Shown here: in pieces, positions 1-9,900 of the stretch
How positions within the stretch are numbered: the stretch's first letter is position 1
How the letters are laid out: every line of letters begins with the position of its first letter
NCBI GenBank assembly: GCA_020137815.1
Contig: CM035355.1
Coordinates: 2,480,001 to 2,544,000, forward strand
From: Hormiphora californensis
Taxonomy: Eukaryota > Animalia > Ctenophora
Direction: 5' to 3'
Length of the DNA stretch: 64,000 nt
Made by a program: the position numbers and the translations under genes
The notes under the pieces: generated by a model
Told to the model about the DNA's origin: nothing
Seen by the model: only the letters and a program-made list of their open reading frames with translations
Databases searched by the model: none

Positions 1-8
1 AGGGGATA

Positions 9-2951
9 GTGGATGCTAGTCCGTTCAAGATTCCTTTTATTGCTCTAACAGAAACCTGGTTGCGAGACGGGATCGAGGATAAGCAGATCTCGTTAGGAGA
101 AGAATATGTTATTAACCGCAGGGATAGGGATGGCAGGACGGGAGGAGGAGTGGTTTTATACACCCACCAAAGCTTACCAGTAGAAAACGTGGTAACGTTA
201 GATAACGATCACTGCCAACTACTGATATGCACGGCACCAACACCTAAATGGATCATAGGGGTAGTTTACAGGGCCCCTTCGGCAACGGTGGGAAACTTCA
301 AGGCAGTCTTGGACCGGATCGAAAAGTACATTCAGGGGATGGACGGTTATGTGGTCTGCATTATGGGAGACTTCAACACCCCAGGTATAGAATGGGACCC
401 ACCTAGGACTGTGGTGCCGACGGCTACCAAAACAGAGGAGGCGCTGATGAGTTTCACAGAACAGACACTCCTCTCGCAGTATGTGGATGGACCAACGAGG
501 GGGAACAACATACTAGATCTGTTCTTTACTAACTCAGACAGGGTAGTAGCCGATGTACAAGCGAGGGATACTGAGATATCGGACCATCGGATAGTAGAAA
601 TTTTGTTCGCTTATGACCCTTGTATGAAACGTCCAGAGGCCGCACAGATCAGCTTGGAGACGGATGATTTTAGGGCGCTTGACCTAAGCAAGGCAGACTT
701 TGAAAAGATTTCAGCGGAAATCAAGGAACATGACTGGGAGGAAATTTATGAGAGAAGTGGAGCAGAAAAGTTTCCAGAGGAGTTTCGACGGATCTTGTAC
801 AAAGCTGCAGCCAAGTACAGTCCAAAGAAGAAACTGGGGAAGAAGAGGAGCAGTAGACTGAAACTACTGTCGCGAAAGAAAAGAGCAGTACAGGATAAGT
901 TGACACAAGTCCTGGATAAAGGGGATGCCCCGATAGAACAGATTCAAGCACTGGAAACTAGGTTAGGAGACCTACATTGGATGATAAGGGAGGAAGTGAT
1001 AGAGAGTCGGCGCAGAAAGGAAAGAGGAGCAGTGGAGAATATACAAGAGAACAACAAGGCCTTCTATAGCTATGCAAAGAGGTTCGCTGGAGACGACAGC
1101 GGAATCGCAGTACTGAATGACAAAGAGGGAAACCTTTGCTCAGAACCAAGTGACATAGCAAACATCCTGGCTGAGCAATTCGAATCGGTGTTTAGTGTAC
1201 CCAGAGAGGACGCTGAAGTAGACATAGAAGAGAGTAACTGCAAGCAGGGAGATGAAGAGCTAGAGTTTACACGGGCAGAGTTAGCAGAGGCGCTTATGGA
1301 TATTAAGAAAGGAGCGGCATCGGGACCAGACGGAATTCCGGCGGACCTTCTGAGGGCGTGTGCAGAAGCAGTGAGCAGCCCTCTACACCTTATGTGGAAG
1401 CGCTCGCTCCAGGAAGGTAGGGTTCCAGAAACTTATAAGAACTCTATCATCGTGCCTCTGTACAAAAAGGGAAGTAGGGCGAAGGCAGAGAACTACAGAC
1501 CCGTGTCATTGACTGACCATGTAGGGAAAGCCTTTGAGAGGATTGTGAGGAAAAGACTGGTCAAGTACTTTGAATCCAATGGCCTCTTCCTGGACATACA
1601 GCACGGTTTCAGGAGGCGCAGAAGCACACTTACACAGCTCATACAGCATTTTGACGAGGTATTTGAGAATTGTCTGGACAATGCGGACACTGATTCCATC
1701 TATCTCGATTACGCCAAAGCATTCGATAAGGTGGATCACGGCATACTGCTGAAGAAACTACGAAAGTACGGTGTAAATGAAAAGCTGGTGAAATGGATTG
1801 AGTCGTTTCTGAGTGGAAGGAGGCAGAGAGTAGCGGTAAATGGTGTCAAGTCGCTAGTGGCACTAGTGAGAAGCGGGGTTATCCAGGGGTCAGTACTAGG
1901 ACCCATTCTCTTTATAATATACATCACAGACATAGCATCCGTCGTGAAAGGCAGTTCAATAAGGTGTTTTGCTGATGATACCCGCCTATTGAAGAGTATA
2001 AGAGGAGAAGAAGACGTGACAGTACTGCAAAGAGACCTGAATGCAGTGATAGCATGGTCGGAGAAGAACAACATGAACCTCCACCAGGATAAATTCGAGC
2101 TGATGAGACATAGTGGGATAAAGCGAAGCAAAGAGGAGAAAGCAGCCGTAGAAGGTATACAGGAGTTACCTCTCTCAAACGCGATGTTTTCGTATGAGAC
2201 GGCAGCAGGGGTGCTCGAAGCAAAGGAGGACCTGAGGGATCTAGGAGTGGTGATAACAGCTGATCTGAAGTGGAAGAAGCATATTGGAAAAGTTGCAGAA
2301 AGCGGGAGGAAAAAGGCAGCATGGGTGTTTAGCGTCTTCGAGACAAGAGAAACCCAGCCGATGCTTACCCTCTACAAAAGCCTGGTGCGAAGCCTTCTGG
2401 AGTATGCATGCCCACTCTGGCACCCCTCAAAAATCGGGGATATTCAAACCCTAGAAGCGGTCCAGAGAAGCTTCACAAAGAGGATCGATGGTACGAAGGG
2501 GCTAGACTATTGGAGCAGGTTGTCAAAGCTCGACATGATGTCTCTCCAAAGAAGACGAGAGCGTTACATTGTGATTCATATGTGGAAGCTACACAACAGA
2601 CAAGTCAGCAATGATCTCCAGATACAGTTTAAAGACAAAGGTCGGACAGGGATCAAGGCAGTCGTACCACCAATGACCAAGACAGGATCGAGTGCAAACC
2701 AAACACTCTATGACGAATCCTTTGCGGTCATAGGACCAAAGCTGTGGAACAGTATCCCAGCAGAGCTCAGCCGCATTGACAAGTTCGAGAGTTTCAAACG
2801 GGCCCTTACGAAGCACTTCAAGGAAATCCCGGATGAACCTCCTGTTCAAGGTTACAGTAGGAGGAACAACAACTCAGTGCTGGACTGGCTGAGAGATAAA
2901 CCAGAAGGGTGTTCGCACGAGGCGATGACCCTGTTGCAGCAGAGGATCTGA
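9..2951 (+). CDS. Non-LTR retrotransposon ORF2 (APE endonuclease + reverse transcriptase), CR1/L2-group-like; may begin upstream of the window
   Basis: 980-aa open frame with APE motifs (LTETWL, GGGV, VYRAP, GDFN, LDLFF, SDH) and RT motifs (GPDG, YRPVSL, QHGF, AFDKVDH, GVIQGSVLGP, FADD, DLGV). Short 3' UTR ends in (CTAAAGTGA)2 at 2973-2990. Confidence 0.95.
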   Translation: MDASPFKIPFIALTETWLRDGIEDKQISLGEEYVINRRDRDGRTGGGVVLYTHQSLPVENVVTLDNDHCQLLICTAPTPKWIIGVVYRAPSATVGNFKAVLDRIEKYIQGMDGYVVCIMGDFNTPGIEWDPPRTVVPTATKTEEALMSFTEQTLLSQYVDGPTRGNNILDLFFTNSDRVVADVQARDTEISDHRIVEILFAYDPCMKRPEAAQISLETDDFRALDLSKADFEKISAEIKEHDWEEIYERSGAEKFPEEFRRILYKAAAKYSPKKKLGKKRSSRLKLLSRKKRAVQDKLTQVLDKGDAPIEQIQALETRLGDLHWMIREEVIESRRRKERGAVENIQENNKAFYSYAKRFAGDDSGIAVLNDKEGNLCSEPSDIANILAEQFESVFSVPREDAEVDIEESNCKQGDEELEFTRAELAEALMDIKKGAASGPDGIPADLLRACAEAVSSPLHLMWKRSLQEGRVPETYKNSIIVPLYKKGSRAKAENYRPVSLTDHVGKAFERIVRKRLVKYFESNGLFLDIQHGFRRRRSTLTQLIQHFDEVFENCLDNADTDSIYLDYAKAFDKVDHGILLKKLRKYGVNEKLVKWIESFLSGRRQRVAVNGVKSLVALVRSGVIQGSVLGPILFIIYITDIASVVKGSSIRCFADDTRLLKSIRGEEDVTVLQRDLNAVIAWSEKNNMNLHQDKFELMRHSGIKRSKEEKAAVEGIQELPLSNAMFSYETAAGVLEAKEDLRDLGVVITADLKWKKHIGKVAESGRKKAAWVFSVFETRETQPMLTLYKSLVRSLLEYACPLWHPSKIGDIQTLEAVQRSFTKRIDGTKGLDYWSRLSKLDMMSLQRRRERYIVIHMWKLHNRQVSNDLQIQFKDKGRTGIKAVVPPMTKTGSSANQTLYDESFAVIGPKLWNSIPAELSRIDKFESFKRALTKHFKEIPDEPPVQGYSRRNNNSVLDWLRDKPEGCSHEAMTLLQQRI

Positions 2952-2990
2952 TCTTCTACAGCTTCGAACAACCTAAAGTGACTAAAGTGA

Positions 2991-4134
2991 GTGAACTTGA
3001 AGAAGGGGGATGCGACCCTGACGCGACCTGGGCCTGGCTCAACAAAGAGAGCCTCAGCAGATACACCGAAGCCGATGTCTTTGCTGCCCAGGATCAAGCC
3101 ATTCGCACGAACTGGTTGAGAGCTGCCATACAGAAAGAGACTGAAGTGACTGAGAAGTGCCGGATCTGTAACCAACACAACGAGTCGGTGGAACACATCC
3201 TAAACGGATGCACGAAACTTGCCAACGGAGACTACAAACTCCGACACGATCGAGTAGCTGCTGCCCTGCACTGGGGAATATGCAAGGACCACGGATTCCC
3301 TACCGAATCAAAGTGGTGGAGCCACTATGCAGAGAAAGTGCTCGAGAATGAGAACTGCAAGATCCTCTGGGATTTCCACATTCAGACGGATAACCCCATC
3401 GAGGCATGTAAACCTGACCTGGTCCTTCTAGACAAACTAAAGAAGGAAGCGCTTCTGATCGATGTCGCTGTACCAAAGGACAGGTCAGTCTCGGACAGGG
3501 AGATGGAGAAGATCGAGAAATACCAAGAACTACGGAGGGAGCTCACACGAATTTGGGATCTTAAAAAGGCCACGGTCATCCCTATCGTGATCGGAGCTCT
3601 TGGCGGAGTCAGCCCCCGACTGGAGAAGTACCTGACTGCTATAACCCGCCAAATCTACCCCTCACAGCTTCAAAAGTCAGTCCTCTTTAACTCGATGAAC
3701 ACGCTCCGGAAAGTTCTCGACATGTAATATACCTCCCGAGCTGTCTCCCCCTGTATTTGTCATTATTTTTTTATACCCTTTATACCCGTTCCTGCTTGCC
3801 CCTAGATTTCTCTAGATTCAGACGGTTTGCTTCTTCAGTTCCTGATAAGTTGTCTCTTCTTAGGCTCCGTTCCAGAAGGTTGGGCTTCTTTCCAGATAGC
3901 TTAGGAGGTCTTATGCTCCGCCACCATGAGCTTTAACTCCCCTTTACATGTTTTTCCCTTACTTTAACCCATATGTACATTGTTCAACTTACCCCTATGT
4001 ACATTGTTTTACCTACCTTTACTCCGCAGGCCCTCCGGGCCCTCAGATCCAACAGGATCCGGGCTCGGGGGATTTAACCCTGCTCACGCATGGGACCTTA
4101 CGGCCCCATGCGGGAGTGGTGCGTGTAGTGGACC
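2991..4134 (+). mobile_element. 3' part of an RLE-type (R4/Dong/NeSL-like) non-LTR retrotransposon: CCHC finger, PD-(D/E)xK endonuclease, 3' UTR
   Basis: ORF to 3727 has WL...TE...AAQDQAIRTN, CRICNQHNESVEHILNGC, RHDRV, ILWDF, KPDLVL...LIDVAVP, EKIEKYQEL, PIVIGALG. 3' UTR contains hairpins and abuts (GA)n at 4135. The 3' boundary is inferred. Confidence 0.88.
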
Positions 4135-4149
4135 GAGAGAGAGAGAGAG

Positions 4150-5045
4150 AACTGAACTGACTGAGAGAGACAAATGGGAACAATAGGAGAGATACTTGAC
4201 AGAATACATAAAAACGGTTAACGGGAGATCGCGCCAAAATGGAGTAGAGAGCACGAGTTAAATGCTGAAGTGAAACACTTTCGATATTATGAGAACGATA
4301 AAAGAAGACCCATTTAGTGACTACCTAAGTGACACCCTGATCAGTCCCAGAACTATCCCAAAGATGTCTTTTTAATTGAGAAGAGAAAATTATGGGATCA
4401 GAAGTAGCTCTCAGGGAAAGCGGAAGAAGGTTCCAGAGCTTATGGGCACGGTAGAAGAAGGAATTTTCAAATATGTTAACTCTAGGAACCTCGGACGTCA
4501 TCAGGTGGAGTGAATCCATATTGGATTGGGCCCTAGTGTTTATTACTATCTGGGACGGGGTAAAGAACGAGAGATAAGGAGGGAGATCGATTGGGGAGGT
4601 ACCATATATTATTTTGTGCAGAAGCATTAAATCATTAAGCTCGAATTTATTACGAATAGGAGGTATGTTGAGGTTGGCAAGCTTGGAAAAATATTCTACC
4701 TCAGAGTAGCTAGAATTTTCTTCATCTAGTATCCATTTTATCGCTCGCTTCTGGAGTTTTTCTAGCTTTTCAATCCCAGCTGTACTAGTTGGTCTCCAGA
4801 TTTGTGAGCAATGTTCTAGTAAGGACCGCACAAGAGACAAGTATAGGGTCTTCCGTTCAGGTGGTGTTCTAGCTAATTTACTGTGCCTCTTTAATAACCC
4901 TAACTTTTGCCTCTGGGAAGCAAGAATAGAATTTCTGTGCTCCTCATAACTCAATCGGTTACTAATAAGAATGCCGAGGTCTTTCTCAGAGGAAACTGAA
5001 ACAATTAATTCCCCTGCAAGAGTGTAAGAATGAGCTGAGTATCTC
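4150..5045 (-). mobile_element. 5'-truncated LINE (RT C-terminal portion), CR1/L2-group-like
   Basis: Minus-strand frame with EKDLGILI, LYLSLVRSLLEHCSQIW, LEKLQKRAIKWI, SFFYRAHKLWNLLP; stop at 4325. Homology to arm B resumes at ~5046, which sets the 5' truncation point. Confidence 0.88.
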
Positions 5046-5098
5046 CTTGAACCCCTAGACGTTGTTTTAAAAAATGCAAATGATTGCTCTTGTTTCAG

Positions 5099-5771
5099 GC
5101 GGGCTGTGGACATGGGTGAAAACATTTGGGCGTACTACATGACGAGGGGTAACCTCAAGAAAACTGATGAGGGAATGGCTCAGGAGGCAGTTGATGCGTG
5201 GTAGGTGTATACTTCAGTCATATTCATACGGTTTATTCTTTTCCGTGATCAGTTTTTGTACATCGCTTGAATTTTTATATTGACCCCGTATATAATCATG
5301 TAGGTCGAGACCCCCGGCAGTAGCTCACACTAGATGAAACCGTTCTTATCAAATCAATCAATCCGGACGCATCCATATTGGTTCAGGTCGATATCACTGC
5401 TCACAACTCTCCATGGGCAAGTTCAGCTCTTGGTAATTTCCTTTTTATCTTATCTAGGTACAACGAGGTAAAGAAGTACAGTCGGACCCCGATTTAACGG
5501 AACCCTCGGGGGAAAGGGTTTTGTCCGTTATATAATCGGGGTGTCCGCTAAATCGGGGTCAAATACTGTTAATTTCCTATATCGGGGGAAGATTATGCTG
5601 CCGTTAAATCGGGGTGCTGCTAAATCGGGGGCCGTTAAATTGGGGTCCTACTGTACAACTTCCCTGGTTCCCAGGATTCAGCAAGAAAACATAACATTTC
5701 ACCCAGCTGGTGTGGAAGGATACAACCAAAATGGGAATGGCCATCATTTGTTGCTATTACATATACCACAG
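5099..5771 (+). pseudogene. Disrupted copy of the CAP/SCP (GAPR-1-like) gene (exons 2 and 3 only)
   Basis: Exon 5099-5200 is almost identical to 41640-41539. Exon 5458-5771 has a 175-bp MITE, a 2-nt insertion, GGA>TAA at 5692-5694 and a deletion of the IAKDNDKAF segment. The CaaX exon is not found downstream. Confidence 0.9.
5479..5653. mobile_element. Tc1/mariner-type MITE with TA TSD, inserted in a CAP coding exon
   Basis: TIRs CAGTCGGACCCCGATTTA / TAAATTGGGGTCCTACTG, TA on both sides. The empty site (aagtacagcttc) is visible in the arm B paralog. Confidence 0.9.
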
Positions 5772-6919
5772 GTTGGTTTTTACCTTTACTTTTAGTTGTA
5801 TTTACATAGTTTTACCTCAAATCTAACAGCTCGTAGTCGTATCTCGATTTCTATCATCGTCTCAGTAGATATCTATCTAGGAGCAAAGGAATTTTTCTTA
5901 TGTTTCTCTCTGCTGCACAGGGTTATCACTAAACAAATATAACTTGGGAGTCTCGTGAATTTCCCAATTTTGGAGGGGTCATGGCCTTATTATCTTGGCC
6001 TTATTATCTTGATACCATTGCTACCTATTCTCGCTCCGCGAATAATATGTGTGAGATCGATCTCAGCTCAGTCGCGTGCGACGTCGATCTCGCACATATA
6101 GGTTTCCATGTCACCAAGGCCTTATCATTCTTATAGGCCTATTTTCGGCACATCACGCAGGGAATAGATAACTAGGGTAATTCCAAGAATTTTGGGATAT
6201 AAATTATGGGAGAGATTATTTTAATATTTTGTTTAACTTTTTTTTCTCTCTATCCCTCTCTCTCTCTGTCTCTTTCTCGCCCTCTCTCTTTCTGTCTCCA
6301 CTTTTCTCTCTGCCTCTCTCAAACCGCTGGGGAGTGTTTTGATTGACATCTACAAACTTTCTCTGCTCACGCCCAATGCTTCATTGCTTCCTACCAGTCT
6401 CTACACTATCACAATATATACATAATATGCACATACCGACTGCCCTCTTTACTTGCTGCTGTACAATTTGTAGGCCGATGCCTTAACATTGTTATAGTCA
6501 GGTATATCGTCCGAGCAGTCTGGTTATTGATACCATATTTTAACTTTTATATCGCAAATAATAAATCTAGAGAAAATGACCAATTGATAGTTATGGAGTG
6601 AGTTTGAATTCTACAATAACAATTCTTTGCGATAGCTAGCTTGATATATCACGATTGAGTGCACCAATGGAACTTGCAAATACAAATTAGATCATTTGAC
6701 CAACCTTCTAGTCTATTCTTGTCACATTTAATTAATTCTTCATATTTATGTCTAACCTAGGAATTGAAAGTGTTTGTTTAGCTCTAAAAAGCACAGTTTG
6801 ACTTCCCCCTCCGTTCATAGTTCATACCCCTTACTAAACCAGTTCATATCTTCTTTTGTTCCGCTGTAGCAGCTTCACTGGACAAGATAGAGGCAGATTT
6901 TGGAGACGATTGACGAAAT

Positions 6920-9900
6920 ATGAAGGTAGGTTCTCACTTCTCTCTGTGATTTACATGTCCTTATACATTATTACATTGCATTCTTATATTTCAGAGGACA
7001 TTGGTAATGTATCGTACAACTTCTGTCAAGCCAATGCTCTGTCGCTCTGACTTGGAGCAGAAAGCCTGAAATTTTGTGACATACTTACTTAGATTTACAG
7101 TGCCAAATTTCTTGCCATGCTACGCAAGCTGTCAACTGCACACAGGACTACGAGAAAGTGACTAATGGAATTCCAATGGAAAATGGAGCTAATGGAGATA
7201 CTGCAAATCACGAGGAAGAAGACGAGTACATGAGAATCAGGAGAAGGGTGAGGTCCGGGAAATTCGAGAACTTTATTGAAGAACTGAAAGTGGCCATAAT
7301 ACTATTTATCCTATATTGTAATTATACCAAAACTAATTGAAATTAGTAGGCCGGAAAGGTTGCCTTACGATTTGAGCTACCTTTGGCACTGGTATATTCC
7401 CTTTTGAACATAAACGAAGCATCTGTACCCTGTCTATACCCCGTGAAAGTTACGGTGCCTAAGGTAGCTCAAATCGTAAGGCAACCTTTCCGGCCTACTA
7501 ATTTCAATTAGTTTTGGTATAATTTGCATCATTTTTGGGATTTTTTTATTCATGTAGATTTAGTAGAATAGGTACAGAGAGGTTAGAGTCGAGAAAATGG
7601 GAAATTTTCATTTTTGACGTCATTTTGACGTCATAAAATGACGTCACGACGTTGTAACGTCAAAATTATGACGTCATATTATCGGGCCCACCTAGATGAA
7701 GATACTGACCAAGTTTGAGATCGATTGGATGAGATTTGAGTCCGCTATAGTGAAAAAACCCATAACGTCATATCTATTTTTAAACAGTCATAACACTTTA
7801 GACGCGTTTTAAGACCCTTATACGTCTGGTTTTTAAAATTCACAATATAGTTTCTGAAAGTTCAGACAATTCTCTTTCCATGTTATTGTCTTCGATTTTC
7901 GATTAGAATCCGTCTTCAGGATGTAAATTAAGCTCAAAGAATTTTGGTTAGAGTCTGAAAAATGACGACTTTAAGACGTTCTGTAGGACGTTCCTGGCGA
8001 TGAAAAGGGACCCCACTACGACTAATGCACACACATCCAGTAGGTCTACTAGCTGTGAAAAGATGAAGTCTCTATCTCTTTTCGTTTGGCGTCACATTCA
8101 CTTATAAAAAGCGTCTCTCCTACGCGCGCGCGCGCGCGCGTGCGCGCATGCCTGTTACACTGAATTTAGGGCAAATGGGACCTGTCTGTAACTTCGGTTC
8201 CAGATGAGATAGAGACTTGAAATTTTGAACTTGAGTCAAAGACCCCAAGCCGGGTATACATTCCAAATTTCAAGTCAAACAGATGAAAGGGAGCCACGCT
8301 ATAGCCTTCTGAAATCTGGATTTTCAGCCAAACACCCATAAAACGTATAACTGCGTTTCTGGCGGCGCTTTTTGAGGGGGGGGGGAATGGCAACCTTTGC
8401 GCTTGCCAGCGCAGTGACCCCCAACTTTACTCAGTTGAAGTACCCGGTTGATAAGAATCCCAGTATCCCGATGTCAATTATCCTTGGTTTCCAACAGTAC
8501 CTCATCATGTTCGGACCTACCTTTGCTATACCAGTTATCTTAGCACCCGAGCTTTGCATTAAAGGTAACTTATTTCTACTTCAATTGCGGTATTATGTTT
8601 TTCTTAGAGGGGACTGGCTAATGATTTTTCAGGTTCCTAGAATAAAGATAGTAGTAGGTAGATTACAGGACATGATAGGTCCTGTAAACTGTTCGTTGAT
8701 AAATGCACGCTAATTGTTTAGGGTTTATTCAAAATAAATAAATTTCTGGATATCTTATCAGCCAAATTCTTGCATGTTGGTCTTGGCTTGGGAGCGTGAG
8801 AGTACATACCTAACTTTCATGTTAGAGCGACCCAATGATGGCGCAATGATTATAAGTCAGGGGATTACGGGGGCAGAAAAATATCCCGGACCAACCGCCC
8901 GTACCAGCAGCCCGTACTCTCTTGCTCTCTCTCACTCACTAGCTGCATTCTGATTGGCTGTAATATGTTACAACATGTAAAATCCTGCCAGCGCCCAAGA
9001 TGCACGTGCCAATGCGCCGCGCATTACTATCTTGCTCTCTCTCACTCACTAGCTGCATTCTGATTGGCTGTTATCTATCACATGTGCGCAGTCACAGGCT
9101 ATCCCTGTGCACTAGGTCTTATCACGTGACCTTTCATTATTGCACAAAGCAGATGTACGGGCTGCTGGTACGGGCGTCTGGTATGGGCATCTCATCCGGG
9201 CCCCCGTAATCCGCTGCCTAATACTGGCCCTTAAATGCTGTTTTCCCCTACTCCCCTTGCTGACTCAAACAATCTTCCTTATTCGAGCCTAACCCCACTT
9301 TATTTCATCCCTCCGGTGCCCAGAAAACAATTATCTCCCCTCACCCAGGTAACTCTATTGCCATTGGGAGACTTGTAAATACTATGTTCATGGTCTCCGG
9401 AATTTCCACACTTCTACAGGTAAAATGGGAACTGGGAAGAATGATCCTTACTTCTCATTCAAGGTCGGAATATCCTTATCATGGGTTTAGTTAGGATTCC
9501 CTGCTTACTAAATCACTAAACCGTGATCTCTGTTTCCTTCACGCGAGGCTAGATAACAATGAGCTGAGTGGAGAGTATTAGAAGATTTCATATTTCTAAA
9601 AATAATTTTGCGGGATTTATGTGAATTCCTATGTCAAGATCAGTGATAGGACAATTATATATTATGGGAACTTGTTACTCAACAAATAGGAACACGTCTA
9701 CGCAAAAGGGATGGGTCTGATAAGAAATCAATGATTTCAAATGATGGCGGCGAAAACAATGGCCCCAATTTTAAAAATTCGAATGAATTCACTAATAAAG
9801 AGTCAAAGAGACATTTTAATGCCCTGAGTAAAAGCTATTCCAGCTGCTATTGAAAATTAGAAAAGGTAACCTATTCTCTTTCCCTATCAGGTGTTTTTTG

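Noticed and set aside
2973-2990. LINE tail CTAAAGTGA resembles the satellite unit at 33718
   Set aside because: Only 8-9 shared bases and no LINE 3' UTR next to the satellite; not enough to claim a tail-seeded satellite.
5046-5125. N-terminus (MFSPMSTARLKQ...) of the 4325-5125 ORF
   Set aside because: It is the antisense of CAP intron 1/exon 2, open by chance into the truncated LINE.
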